A stretch of DNA of 64,000 bases, taken from positions 139,588-203,587 of the forward strand of contig JADJXL010000022.1 of assembly GCA_016715885.1 (NCBI GenBank). Reading direction: 5' to 3'. The stretch's first letter is position 1; every line of letters begins with the position of its first letter. Positions 8,720 through 19,427 of this stretch are shown here, one piece after another. Under the pieces are notes generated by a model that was given only the letters and a program-made list of their open reading frames with translations, made no database searches and was not told the DNA's origin. The DNA is from Polyangiaceae bacterium (lineage in GTDB: Bacteria; Myxococcota_A; Polyangia; Polyangiales; Polyangiaceae). The translations under genes were made by a program, and so were the position numbers.

Positions 8720-11700
8720 TCAATCGAGACCGAGGCGGCTGCGCGCATCGCTGTATGCGTCGCTGACCGAGAATACGATGAGCTCGCGCGCCTCGGCATT
8801 TCGACCAATCCATGTGAGGCGCTCTTTGCCCGATGCCGGCGGTTGATTCGTATGACCACCGGCCCACGCAATGCCCGCGAGCGCGACATTGGGATCACCC
8901 ACGGCGAGAAGTCCCGCACGAGCCCCCCAACCATTGATGGCCGTATTGAGCGTCGATGCGCGATTGCCAATGCTGCCGATGACGTCCGTTGCGAGCGTAC
9001 GCACTTGCGGATCCACGTTTGCAGGCATTGCCTTGGCAATCTTGGCCGAAGCATCGGCAAGTTTGGCGGGGTCGACTCCTTGAGGCGAAAACGCCGTATT
9101 GAGCGCCTTCAGGTACGCTGCAAGCAGCGGCCAGAGGTCAATCGGCGCCGTTCGCGAGAATGCCGAAGCGTTCGTCTGAATCACCTTGAGCGCGCGGTGA
9201 ATCAAGAACGTACGTACCGCGGCATTTTCCGATGCGACGAGCGGTTGCCCGAGAACGATCGTTGCCGGGTGCGAGCTTGCCGGGACGCACACGGCTCCAA
9301 GGGCTGCCGATTGGTAGATTTTAACGTCGCCAATGCCATAAGCGCGAGCGATGGACTTGATTTCGTCCGCAAGCTCGGCTTGGGGCGGCGGCAAAGGCAT
9401 TCCACGCACCGAGGCAATATCGAACGTGACTGCTGAATCGAGCAGCGATCCGGTGCGTTGCAACAAATCGCGGAACGCCGGGGTCATGATGTCCGGTGCG
9501 AGCAAGTCATCGAGGGTCGCATCGCCCGCAGCTTCTCCTGCGCCGTTGATCTCGACCTCTGCACCATCGAGCGCCGCGACGCTTGCCCGCGCAATGCGCG
9601 CCTGCGCTGGTTTGCCCCGGAGCTCGGCAACCGTTGCTACGGTGCTGAACAAATACGGTTCGAATCGACCCGTACCGAGAGCTCGACGCGCATCTGCGAC
9701 GGCCCGTTCGAGAAGAACGTTTGCCGCCTGCGCTTGATCGGTGCGTTGATAGAAGCTGGCGAGCGCGTGAAGCGCCGTGTCGTCCTTGGGCCACGTCTTA
9801 CGGGCCTGAAGCAATGTTTGCTCGGCCTTCTTCGTGTCGCCCATCGCTTCGTAGATGGACGCAAGTCCCGTGGTCCTTCGGCACTTCGCCTCGGGATCCT
9901 CGACGTTGTTGATGAGGATCGTTTGCTGTTCGAGCGCCTTCGCGGTGTCGCCAGTCTTCTTGTAAAGCTCGACGAGTTTTTCCCGTGCCGCCTCGTTGTC
10001 GGGGAAGCGCTTCAGCACTTCCTGATAGGAAAGCTCGGCGCGTTCGGCATTTGGCAGCGGCCCATCGTAGAGCTCGCCGAGTCGCAAATAGAGATCCGAT
10101 TGACGCTCTGGTTCGGAGACCAAGCGCGCCAGGCGAATCCAGGCTTGCTCCGCGCCCTCCCAATCTTCCTCTTTCGCACTGACTTCGGCGAACGCCGAAA
10201 GCGCTTCGACGTGATCGGGATACTGCTCGAGTGCAGCAGCGAGCGCGCGTTTTGCAGCGCCCGCATCGCCGATGTCGGCAAGAGCGCGGCCGCGCATGAT
10301 CTCCATGTCGACACGTTCTGCCGGGTCGGTGATCGTCTCGAGACGTCGTTCGAGAAGTGCGGCGAGCTCGGCGCGAGCGTTCGTCGCGACGTACACGTCC
10401 TTCAAGCGCTGGAACACGTCGCGGTAGGACGGATCGGTCGAGAAGACATGTTCGAATGCGCCGCGCGCGCGTTCGCTGTCATTTGCTTTGTCCGCAAACA
10501 GAACGGCTGCCTTGTACAGGCCTTGCACGCGCTCTTCCGGCGTGATGCTCGTCTGCGCTGCAGCCTCGTACGATTCGGCTGCGTCTGCGAAGTTGCCGAG
10601 AGCTTCGAGGACGCGCGCTCGTTCGAGGTGCAGCACGAAATGGCTCGGCGTAGCTTCGATGGCTTTGTCGAGCAGCTCGCGTGCTTTTTCGAGGTTACCA
10701 GTACGCTCTGCCGATTCGGCCGCCCGAAGCGACAACGTTGAAACTTCCGAAGAGCGTTCCGTGCGCGCGGCCAGTTCGACGTCGACTTCGAGGGCCAGCG
10801 CTTCATCGCCACCCGCGCGTGCATGAGCTGCGGTTTGTCGCAGTGCCCAAATTCCGCGCGGCTGGTTTTTGTAGGCAACGTCGACCGCTTCGCGTGTGTC
10901 GTCCCAACCGCGGAGGCGCAAACGAAGACGGGCTGCGAGTTGTGCGTGCGCGATGGCTTCGGGCCCTTCGAGGGTCTTGGCCGTTGCGAACACCACGGGT
11001 TCGAGCTCTTCGTCGCGACCAGCAATGATGAGCGTGCTGGCGATGCGCCTGAGCGTTGGCAAGTGCGACGGTGCGCCTTCCAGAATCGCGCGACGCCAAA
11101 GGAGCGCGTTTCCGGGATCGTTTCGTCCGACTTCGTCGAGCTCCGCAAGGCGCTCGTAGGTTTCGAGTCGCTCGGTGGGATCTTCGGTTGCCTTTGCGTG
11201 CGCAAGCAGCGACTCGACGAGCTCGCCCGTGCCGTGGCCAGCGAGCGCCGTGCGGTACACGCATAGCGGCGCGAGCAGGTTTTCCCCGGCAAGCGTGGCT
11301 TGTTTCGCCATCACGGATGCATTGGCGAGGTCTCCGTCGCGTTCGTATTCGAGTGCTGCATCGAGCGCGCAGCGTGCGGCTTCGGCACCCGTCGATGCGG
11401 CTGCTCGTTCGGCGCGGAAAGCGGCACGATCGCTCGGCCTTTCCGGCGATAGACGCTCGAACAGCTCGCGCAGGCCGATGTCGTCAGGCCGCGCTTTGAG
11501 CGCGTGCGTGAGCAGACCCGTCGCGTGCCCCGCTCCCTCGGGCGTGATCAATGCCTCGCGCAGATAGTCGCGAGCTTGCTCGATCGGGTCTTCGCACGAT
11601 TCGCGACGTGCATGCAGCCATTCGATGAGTCCATCGCGATCTCCGGCCGAGCGCGCGATGCCTTCGCCGATGTGAATCGACAGGGGCATGTGCGGATCCA

Positions 11701-13645
11701 TTTCCGCGGCGCCTCGGAGAAGTTTGTCCCGCTCATCCTCGATTGTCGATCCAGGCGAATCGAGCTCGAGCAAGCGGTTGGCCGCTTCGGTGAGCACGAG
11801 TGCTGCACGCGTTCCTGGTTGCATCGATTGCGATAGCTCGGAAAGGATCGTCGCGGCTTCTGTCGGCTCGGCACTCGCCGCGGCTGCGCGGGCCGCTGCT
11901 TCGTGCGCGGAATCCGCTGCTCGTGCACGCGCGTAGCTTTCGTTTGCGAGTTTCGTGTTGCCCGCGAGCTCGGCGAGCAGTGCTGCTGCCAGCGCGCCGT
12001 CGCGGTCACCTTCGGCTTGCTCTCCACGCCATCCTGCGACTGCGTTGGCAATCTTGGCGCCCGCTTTTCCTTCGAGGTCGAGCTCGAGCGTGAGCGCACG
12101 ACCCGTTCCACTCTCGGGAACGAACTCCGTGTAACCAAGGATCGATGCTGCGAGCGCATCGTTCGACGTGAGGGGTTTGTCGTCGGCACGAAGCGCACCG
12201 AGAGCGCGACCAAGAGCCGCGCCGGCGCGAGCTGCCGTAGCACCGGCTCCGATGAGGTTCGTCGACGGGTTCTCGAGATCCCGCGTCACGGCGCTCGAAG
12301 CTGCAAGGAGCGGGATGAGATCGTCATCGCCCGCGGCTGCTTCGACGGCTTGTTCGAACACTTCGCGCGAGCCGCCCGTGAGGGCCGTGAGTGCAAGTCG
12401 ATCGCCCGCAGAGAACGCGATCGTGTCGCTGCCTTCGATCGCCGAGCGGGCTGCCTGCGCATCACCGAGCTCGATGGCGCGTGCTGCGAGCGCACGGCGC
12501 GCATCGGCGTCGTGTGTACCGTCGAGAGCTCCACGCAAGGCTTCGATCGCGTTGCCTCGCGTTTCCTTTCGTGCTGCCGCAAGCATGCTCGCGAGCCATC
12601 CCGCGCCGCCCTTGAGCGACGCGGCACTCTGCAATCGACCGAGCGTGGCGACGGCGGACGACACGTCGCCACTTTCGAGTGCTGCGCGCGCTCGGAGCAG
12701 CGCGTCGTACGTGGACACGACGTTGCGTACGCCGCGAGGAGCGTTGCCGCGATGGATGGACACCTTGGAGAAGGCGTCACGCAAGGCTGACAGGTCCTTC
12801 GTTTCCGGCGCGCGAACTTTCGTGAACGCGCTCGGATCCGTTGCATCTCCAAGCGCTTCGGTGAAGCGCTGCACGAAGGGACGCGGATCTGCCGCGTCCA
12901 CGCGCTGCGCAACGTCGAGCCGCTTCTTGGCGCCGTCGTCGTCCTCGAGCCGAACGCGAGCGATATCGGAGCCGAGCATCGCGGCGTGCGCGCGCGCTGC
13001 GTTCGTCGGCAAAACGCGCGCTTCGCTGTCGAGCACTTCGAGTGCACCTTGCCAGTCTTGGTCCCGCATGAGCAGGCCGCGAAGCTGATGGTGAGCAAGC
13101 GGCGAGCTTGGTGCGAGCGTGCGCACTTCGGCAGCAATGGCCCGGGCTGTTTGCTCTTCGCCAGCCATTGCATACAGCTCGCACACGGCCACGAGAGCTC
13201 GTGCGCGCGCCGCCTTGTCCTCGATGGCCTCGGCTTCCGCTCGAAGCCACGCAGCGCGTTCTGCCCACGCATCGCGTTGTTGCGTGCCGACCAGATGCGC
13301 CGACGCGTCCTGTTCGTCCGGGAACGATGGAGCGGCGTCCACTGCCTTGCGTTCGGGACGCGATGCAGGAGCTTCTTCTTCGATGAGATCGGCCCCATCG
13401 ATGGTTTCCTCGTCCGCCGCCATGCTCGCGTCCGCCGCAAGGAGCGCTTCGACCACGCCATCGGGCTGACGCATCGTCGTCTCTTCCTCGATGGCGTCGG
13501 CCTCGACTTCGGACGAACCTTCTTCGGCGGGCGGCGCACGCAACGCGCCGAGCAGCTCATCGGGTACTCGAGCCAATAGGGTCGCTTCGTTGTCGTCGTC
13601 GTCAGCAACGTTTGCGATGTCGAAATCGTCTTGGTGATCGCTCAC
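8720..13645 (-). CDS. Giant TPR-repeat protein (about 1640 aa) with an acidic N-terminal region and a C-terminal non-TPR domain of about 250 aa.
   Basis: A long ORF with pervasive TPR-like helical repeats rich in A, L, E and R. The proposed GTG start at 13645 lies 31 nt after the upstream stop and is preceded by GGAGCAAAGGA. The C-terminal domain is paralogous to that of the upstream giant TPR protein. Confidence 0.65.
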   Translation of the reverse strand: MSDHQDDFDIANVADDDDNEATLLARVPDELLGALRAPPAEEGSSEVEADAIEEETTMRQPDGVVEALLAADASMAADEETIDGADLIEEEAPASRPERKAVDAAPSFPDEQDASAHLVGTQQRDAWAERAAWLRAEAEAIEDKAARARALVAVCELYAMAGEEQTARAIAAEVRTLAPSSPLAHHQLRGLLMRDQDWQGALEVLDSEARVLPTNAARAHAAMLGSDIARVRLEDDDGAKKRLDVAQRVDAADPRPFVQRFTEALGDATDPSAFTKVRAPETKDLSALRDAFSKVSIHRGNAPRGVRNVVSTYDALLRARAALESGDVSSAVATLGRLQSAASLKGGAGWLASMLAAARKETRGNAIEALRGALDGTHDADARRALAARAIELGDAQAARSAIEGSDTIAFSAGDRLALTALTGGSREVFEQAVEAAAGDDDLIPLLAASSAVTRDLENPSTNLIGAGATAARAGAALGRALGALRADDKPLTSNDALAASILGYTEFVPESGTGRALTLELDLEGKAGAKIANAVAGWRGEQAEGDRDGALAAALLAELAGNTKLANESYARARAADSAHEAAARAAAASAEPTEAATILSELSQSMQPGTRAALVLTEAANRLLELDSPGSTIEDERDKLLRGAAEMDPHMPLSIHIGEGIARSAGDRDGLIEWLHARRESCEDPIEQARDYLREALITPEGAGHATGLLTHALKARPDDIGLRELFERLSPERPSDRAAFRAERAAASTGAEAARCALDAALEYERDGDLANASVMAKQATLAGENLLAPLCVYRTALAGHGTGELVESLLAHAKATEDPTERLETYERLAELDEVGRNDPGNALLWRRAILEGAPSHLPTLRRIASTLIIAGRDEELEPVVFATAKTLEGPEAIAHAQLAARLRLRLRGWDDTREAVDVAYKNQPRGIWALRQTAAHARAGGDEALALEVDVELAARTERSSEVSTLSLRAAESAERTGNLEKARELLDKAIEATPSHFVLHLERARVLEALGNFADAAESYEAAAQTSITPEERVQGLYKAAVLFADKANDSERARGAFEHVFSTDPSYRDVFQRLKDVYVATNARAELAALLERRLETITDPAERVDMEIMRGRALADIGDAGAAKRALAAALEQYPDHVEALSAFAEVSAKEEDWEGAEQAWIRLARLVSEPERQSDLYLRLGELYDGPLPNAERAELSYQEVLKRFPDNEAAREKLVELYKKTGDTAKALEQQTILINNVEDPEAKCRRTTGLASIYEAMGDTKKAEQTLLQARKTWPKDDTALHALASFYQRTDQAQAANVLLERAVADARRALGTGRFEPYLFSTVATVAELRGKPAQARIARASVAALDGAEVEINGAGEAAGDATLDDLLAPDIMTPAFRDLLQRTGSLLDSAVTFDIASVRGMPLPPPQAELADEIKSIARAYGIGDVKIYQSAALGAVCVPASSHPATIVLGQPLVASENAAVRTFLIHRALKVIQTNASAFSRTAPIDLWPLLAAYLKALNTAFSPQGVDPAKLADASAKIAKAMPANVDPQVRTLATDVIGSIGNRASTLNTAINGWGARAGLLAVGDPNVALAGIAWAGGHTNQPPASGKERLTWIGRNAEARELIVFSVSDAYSDARSRLGLD

Positions 13646-13676
13646 GGGCCCTGATCCTTTGCTCCAGAATCGCTGC

Positions 13677-16600
13677 TCACCGGACGCCCATGCCGAGCTT
13701 CTTGCGAAGCTCGAGATAGTTGGGCGAAAGCACGAACGAAAGCAGGCGCCGACCGCGCTCACTCTCGGGGATGGTCGAACCAAGCTGATCCCTCGGAATT
13801 CCGAGCAGATCACTCAGGACGATCGAAACATCGCCAGCGGCGATCACCGCCATGCGATCGAGGCTGCGCCGCGCAGCAGCAGCCCAAGCGCGCGCATCTT
13901 GCTTGCTGGAGACGATCTTCAAACACGTCTCCCCAATGCTCTTGCGCACTTTGCGCGAGATCTCTTTGTGCACCGCGCGCTGGATCTCGTTGTAGACCGC
14001 ATAACCGGGGTTGGCGATCTTGATGTCGACCTCGTTGCACGCCGCAATCACGACCGACGCGAGCGCCACTTCGTCGCGCGTTCGCAGCGAAATGATGCCG
14101 CGGCGCAACGCGAATACCGTACGCGCCACGGCCGAACGTGCGGCCGCATCGAAGGGCGCCGCAATCGCCGAACCCAGCACGATCGCTGGGACGTCTCCCG
14201 CAACTCCGCTCACGAGGTTTGGATTCGGACCGCCCACGTACAACTCGAAATCACCCTCGAACCCAACGGCTCCCATCCACTCGGCAACGGCAAGACGTAG
14301 CGGATGACCACCACGCGAATCGATACGCTCCTTCTTGCCTACGCCGAGCGTGCTGAGTGTCGGGCCAAGCGCGAGCGATACGGTCTCGGCCATCTGCACG
14401 AGCAGCTCGGCAATCGGACCACCATCTTCCGGATCGGCAATCTCCGCCATCGCCCTCGCGTCGAGCACGATCTGCGGACGAGCCGCCACGCGTGTGTCGA
14501 GTTTCTTGAGCTCCGATGAGATTGTCGTGTTGGAACGACCGAGTGAAACGAGGCATCCGAGCGTCGCCTGTCGCAACGCCAAGTCCTGCTCGAACTGCGC
14601 AATCTTCGCGAGCCGCTCGACCCGATCCGCATCGCAAGGATCCTCGGCGAGCTTGTTCAAGAGCACCGCCTTGGCGCGGCCGAGTAGGCGCTTCTGTAGC
14701 GACGCGTCGTAGTTGGTGGTCAGCACCATGTCGAGCGCTTCGCCGTCGTCGTTCGACTCGTCGAGCAGCTTCGTCACGGCCGCTTCTGCCTTCAGCGGTT
14801 CCTTGATCTTGTCCCGCCAGATGGCCATCGCGAGCCGCGCAGCCTCCATGCGACCTTCGCGCTTCTCACGCTCTTGCATGAGCTGTTCGAGGATCGCCGT
14901 CGCGCGTGACCACGCACCGGTGCGCGCTGCCACGCGTGCAAGACGTTCACGCACCGGAGGCGTGGACAAACCTGCTTCGTGCAGCCCAACGAGCACGTTG
15001 AGTGCCTTGTCCGGCGCGTTCAGCTTGTTCTCGTAAATGTCCACCGCCGCGACACCGGACATGAGCCGCTGCTGCGTCGGCGCTTCCTTGATCCTCGAGA
15101 GCCGCCCGAGATAATCCGCGGCGTCGCCGAACTTGCCCATCGTGATCGCAATCTCGCCCGACAGCGCGAGTGCGCCGACGTGATCGGGCTCGATCATCGT
15201 GACGTTCTCGAGTGCCGACAACGCTCCTTCGCGATCTCCCTTCTTGCGAAGCACGCGAGCGCGTTCCCAGAACAGCTTGCTGATCTCGACCTCGTCGTCG
15301 GCTACGTCGAGACGGCGGCTCATGATCTCGAGCAGCCGGTCGTCCTCGTTCCGCGCACGAACGCGTCGGAAAAGTTTGTCGAACGCAACCGATCGGCTCG
15401 GATCACGCTCGAATGCACGCGCAAACGAAATCTCGGCGTCGTCGTGCGCTTCGGTGTGCTCGAGCAAAATGAGACCGGCTCTCTCCCAGAATTCGGCGCC
15501 GCGAGCGTCATTGCTGCAGAGCGCGCCGAGCTGCGCGTAGGCGAGCGCCGTCGAGATGTGATCACCGAGCGCCTCGCTTGCCGAACGCACGCCTTCCCAC
15601 GACACGAGGTCATCGGGACGCCGTTCGACGGCAGCGCGGAACGTGGCCAATGCCGCTTCCGTGTTGCCCGATGCAAGCTCGGACCAACCCGCCAAGGCCG
15701 CTGCATCGTTCGAAGCGTCTTCGCCCAACGCTTCGCCAACGTTTTTCAAGGCAAACGCTCGGCGCCGCGGATCGCAACCCGGCAATGACAGGTCCAGGTT
15801 CGTCAAGCGCGTCTTCGCGGACGTACCGGCAAGCAGCGGTTGCGGCATGCTCGGCTGATCCAGCGTTGCCACGATCGACGCGGACGACTCCATCGCAGCC
15901 CAGGGTTCGTCCCCAAGGAACGACGCCACCGCACGCCGCGCAGACACCTCGGCTTCACGATCCTTCGCCGCAAGTGCAGCGCCGAGCCATTCCAGCGCCA
16001 CGTACAGCTTCGGTTCCGCACTGGCCCACGACGCCGCGCGACCCACCGTCGCCGCAACGTCCTGATCGATCGTCCGCGCGATGCGGAATCGTTCCGCACG
16101 CGCGATGGCCGTCGCTTCGTCACCCTGATCCTCGAGGCGATCGAGCGCTCGTTCGATCGCTTCTCGATCCGTCAGCGCATCCGGCCAGCAAAGCCGAGCC
16201 AAACCCGCCGCGACCGTGATGTCGCCCGAACCATCCGCTTCGGCGCGTTCGAGTGCGACGAGCGCTTCGCCGCGATCACCCGCTTCGCCCGAACCAATTT
16301 CCAAACCAAATCGCTCGAGCGCAATGCTCGCCGGATCCGCACCCGTTTCGAGCGCTGTTGCGAGCGCGCGGCGACGACCGTCGAGACTGTCGGGATCGGC
16401 TCCGCGCAGCGCCCACGCAAGCACCGCCGAAGCCGCCTTTGCAGCACTGCCGCGAGCTTGCTCGAGCAGGTCCAGCGTCTTGGCTCGATCACCGAGTCGC
16501 CACGAGAGAAGCGCAGCCTCGATGTAGAGCGCTGCGCCCAAGTCGATGTCGTCGGTTGCCGTTGCACATGCGGCGAGCACCGTGGACGCGGCCGCGAGGT

Positions 16601-18443
16601 TCTCCCCGCGCTGTTCGAGATCCGCGAGGAATATCGCGACGACCTCGTCTCCCGGTGCAGCTTCGTGAAGCTCCCGCAACCGAGCGCGCGCACGTTCGAT
16701 GTCGCCCGTTCGAGCGCTACGAAGCGCCGCGACGACCCACAAGCCACGCGCCAAGTTCGCGTCCGATTCGACGCTCGCCAGCGCTTCGATCGTCTCGGGC
16801 GTCGCACGATACGCAGCTTCGCCCGGCGCCGTTTTCTTGATGCCCAGCGCGTACGCCCCGAGCACTCGACCAAGCCAGCTCGAACCCGTGTCACCGTCGC
16901 TTTCGAGCGCTGCGAGCTTGGCAAAAGCTTCGCCGGCACCCGCTACGTCACCACGCAGCGAACGGCTGCGGCCCACCTCGAACCACAAGCTCGCAACCTC
17001 GCCAGGTTCCGCACCAGCCGCGAGGAGATCCGCCGTTGCTTGCTCGTACCACGCGCTGTCCTTGCGAATCGACGCAAGCATGCGGGCAACCCGCGCGATC
17101 ACGGCAGGGTTCGTCCCGAGCGTTGCGGCTCGCGCGAGCGCTGCTTTGGCCGCATCCGTGTCGCTCGCATTCGACGCCCACACGTATGCAGCAACGAGCG
17201 CCGCGCGAATCTTGCTGTCATTCGTCGGGCAAACTTCACCCGCCGCTTCGAGCGACTTGGCGAGCGCCGAAGGATCTTGCGCATCGCTCAAAAGATCGAG
17301 CTCGAGCGCACGAGCCATGATGGACGCAGGGTCCGCTTCGAGCGCGCTACGCAGAGCCGCGAGCGCACCGTCTCGATCGTTGTCGAGCATGGCGGCTTCG
17401 GCAATACGCAGCCAAAGCGCTGCCGCACCGGGACCCACTGCGCCTCGGTCGAGCTCTTCTCGTGCAAGCGCTGCCGCACCCTTCGCATCGCCCATCGTTT
17501 CCAGCGACGACAAACGCGCTCGAGCAATGACGGACGACTGCGGAAGTTGCTCGGCAGCACGCGCAAGCAGCTTTACCCACGCATCGTGATCTCCTGCCCG
17601 ACGCTTGATCTCCGCACATCGCAGCCACGCATCCGCTGCGCACTCGGGCCGCCGTGCCCATCGCGGAACGCCATTCGCATCTCCGCGTTCGGGTTCGGCA
17701 ATCGCCTCTTCGATGAGCTCCGCTTGGCCTTCGAGGGCACGCGACAGAACGGACGCGTTTTGATCTCGGATCGCGATGGCTTCGAGCGCCTGTTGCGAAC
17801 GGAATCGGCCGTGGCCTTCGAGCGCTGCGGCGGAATCGATGAGATCGTAACCTCGTTGCGCGTCACCCGACTTCGCAGCGAGCTCCGCAAGCTCGATGAA
17901 AAGAAACGCTTTCCACGTGGCGTCCGTCGCAAGCTCCGCCCGCGCTTCGATGGCGCGCATCCGTCCGGCGAGGTCGTTTTCTTTCGCCGCAAGCAGCTCC
18001 AGCTCGAGCCACGGCGTCGGATCCTCGGGATTGGCACTGACGGCTTCTTCGAGCGCCTCTTTCGCCCCTGCAAGATCTTGCTCGTAATCCTGCAAGTACG
18101 CGGCTCGCTCCCAAAACGCGCGCGTGCGTTCCTCCGGCGTCGCCGCTGCGCGCGTGAGCGCGTCGAGCAGCTTGCCCAGGTTTTTGATGGACTTGCGTCG
18201 GGTCAAGATCCGAACGAGCGCCTCGAGCGGCTCACGGAACTGAGGGTCGGCATTGAAGGCCGCGAGATAATCGCGGGCCGCCGCCGGCTCTTCTCCATGC
18301 CGTTCTTCCAGCACGCCGCTTTCGTGAAGAAGCAAGGCCTGTAACGCCTTGTCCTCCTGTGCGGCGGTCTCGGATCGTAGTCGGTTGAGCAAGGCCGCCG
18401 CATCCTCGGCGGGCCCCGTGGGGGTGGATGTCTCTACCGTCAT
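13677..18443 (-). CDS. Giant TPR-repeat protein (about 1590 aa), paralogous in architecture to the downstream gene.
   Basis: A long ORF with TPR-like repeats throughout. The C-terminal about 250 aa (ELYVGGPNPNLVSGVAGDVPAIVLGSAIAAP...) aligns with the C-terminus of the 8720-13645 protein. The start is placed at the ATG at 18443 and is uncertain. Confidence 0.65.
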   Translation of the reverse strand: MTVETSTPTGPAEDAAALLNRLRSETAAQEDKALQALLLHESGVLEERHGEEPAAARDYLAAFNADPQFREPLEALVRILTRRKSIKNLGKLLDALTRAAATPEERTRAFWERAAYLQDYEQDLAGAKEALEEAVSANPEDPTPWLELELLAAKENDLAGRMRAIEARAELATDATWKAFLFIELAELAAKSGDAQRGYDLIDSAAALEGHGRFRSQQALEAIAIRDQNASVLSRALEGQAELIEEAIAEPERGDANGVPRWARRPECAADAWLRCAEIKRRAGDHDAWVKLLARAAEQLPQSSVIARARLSSLETMGDAKGAAALAREELDRGAVGPGAAALWLRIAEAAMLDNDRDGALAALRSALEADPASIMARALELDLLSDAQDPSALAKSLEAAGEVCPTNDSKIRAALVAAYVWASNASDTDAAKAALARAATLGTNPAVIARVARMLASIRKDSAWYEQATADLLAAGAEPGEVASLWFEVGRSRSLRGDVAGAGEAFAKLAALESDGDTGSSWLGRVLGAYALGIKKTAPGEAAYRATPETIEALASVESDANLARGLWVVAALRSARTGDIERARARLRELHEAAPGDEVVAIFLADLEQRGENLAAASTVLAACATATDDIDLGAALYIEAALLSWRLGDRAKTLDLLEQARGSAAKAASAVLAWALRGADPDSLDGRRRALATALETGADPASIALERFGLEIGSGEAGDRGEALVALERAEADGSGDITVAAGLARLCWPDALTDREAIERALDRLEDQGDEATAIARAERFRIARTIDQDVAATVGRAASWASAEPKLYVALEWLGAALAAKDREAEVSARRAVASFLGDEPWAAMESSASIVATLDQPSMPQPLLAGTSAKTRLTNLDLSLPGCDPRRRAFALKNVGEALGEDASNDAAALAGWSELASGNTEAALATFRAAVERRPDDLVSWEGVRSASEALGDHISTALAYAQLGALCSNDARGAEFWERAGLILLEHTEAHDDAEISFARAFERDPSRSVAFDKLFRRVRARNEDDRLLEIMSRRLDVADDEVEISKLFWERARVLRKKGDREGALSALENVTMIEPDHVGALALSGEIAITMGKFGDAADYLGRLSRIKEAPTQQRLMSGVAAVDIYENKLNAPDKALNVLVGLHEAGLSTPPVRERLARVAARTGAWSRATAILEQLMQEREKREGRMEAARLAMAIWRDKIKEPLKAEAAVTKLLDESNDDGEALDMVLTTNYDASLQKRLLGRAKAVLLNKLAEDPCDADRVERLAKIAQFEQDLALRQATLGCLVSLGRSNTTISSELKKLDTRVAARPQIVLDARAMAEIADPEDGGPIAELLVQMAETVSLALGPTLSTLGVGKKERIDSRGGHPLRLAVAEWMGAVGFEGDFELYVGGPNPNLVSGVAGDVPAIVLGSAIAAPFDAAARSAVARTVFALRRGIISLRTRDEVALASVVIAACNEVDIKIANPGYAVYNEIQRAVHKEISRKVRKSIGETCLKIVSSKQDARAWAAAARRSLDRMAVIAAGDVSIVLSDLLGIPRDQLGSTIPESERGRRLLSFVLSPNYLELRKKLGMGVR

Positions 18444-18591
18444 TGGGCTCGCAGCGCCTCTCGCGAACACGGGTTGCTGATGAAGTGCATTCCGCGACGC
18501 GCAGACTAACGAAACGCGCTGTCGAGAGTAAAGCCTCGTCCGCACGGATCGGGCGAACGGTATCTTTCGGTACTTCGCAGGTGACGCTCCG

Positions 18592-19194
18592 TCACTCGAT
18601 CCGCTGAACGATCCAATACCCTCGCGGCGTGTCCACAGGCTCGCTCACGCCACCCTTCGGTAGACTGAACAGCACGTATTCCGGCGCGGGTTCGAGCACT
18701 CCGCGCGGCAGCCGTCCGGCATTTTCCATCGACCCCTTGTCGCCTTTGGCCACGGCCGCCTTGAAGTCGGTCTTGGCAAGCTCGGCGAGCTCCTTCGCGA
18801 GCTCCAGCGCAGCCTCGCGAGAACGCGCAGTCGCCGGCACCCGAGCCGCACCAGGCGCCCCTTGCGCCCCGCGATACGTCACGAGAACGACGCCGAACAC
18901 CACGGACTTCGGCGCATCCGCCGCCAAACCTGGCGGCGCTTCACCCGATAACAAGAGCGTTCCACCAGCATCTGCTTGCTGCGCCGGATCGATCTCGCCC
19001 GATGGTTCTGCCGCCGTGTCGGCGTCCGTTGTCGCTGCATCCAGATCGACGACGTCCGCATCGGATGCGTCCGACGCGCCCGCGTCTGCTGCTACCGAGC
19101 CCACGGATGCCCCACGACGATCCGCGGGGAAAATCACGAGCGCAAGAGCCCCGAGCACCAGCGTGGCGAAGAAGAGGGCGGTCCATTTCTGCAT
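18592..19194 (-). CDS. PpiC/parvulin-type peptidyl-prolyl cis-trans isomerase with an N-terminal membrane anchor.
   Basis: There is an N-terminal TM helix (WTALFFATLVLGALALVIF). The C-terminal parvulin signature is PRGYWIVQRIE, preceded by a SurA/PrsA-like helical segment. Confidence 0.6.
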   Translation of the reverse strand: MQKWTALFFATLVLGALALVIFPADRRGASVGSVAADAGASDASDADVVDLDAATTDADTAAEPSGEIDPAQQADAGGTLLLSGEAPPGLAADAPKSVVFGVVLVTYRGAQGAPGAARVPATARSREAALELAKELAELAKTDFKAAVAKGDKGSMENAGRLPRGVLEPAPEYVLFSLPKGGVSEPVDTPRGYWIVQRIE

Positions 19195-19427
19195 GTGGCC
19201 GAGCGCGTTAGCACATTTCTCACGATGCGCGAAAGCGCAGCACGACATGCTCCCCACATCCTGGCCCCAACAGCGTCGCAAAAGAGCAATGCGCCCAAAA
19301 CCCTGATAGAAGGGGAAGAAGAATTTCAGACGATAGGTGCCTCATCCCGTGCCGAGCTCTTGTCGATCCTGGTGCATCGACGTCGCGCAAGGGCTGATGC
19401 GCCGTTCTCTTCATTCAGGGCGCGAGC

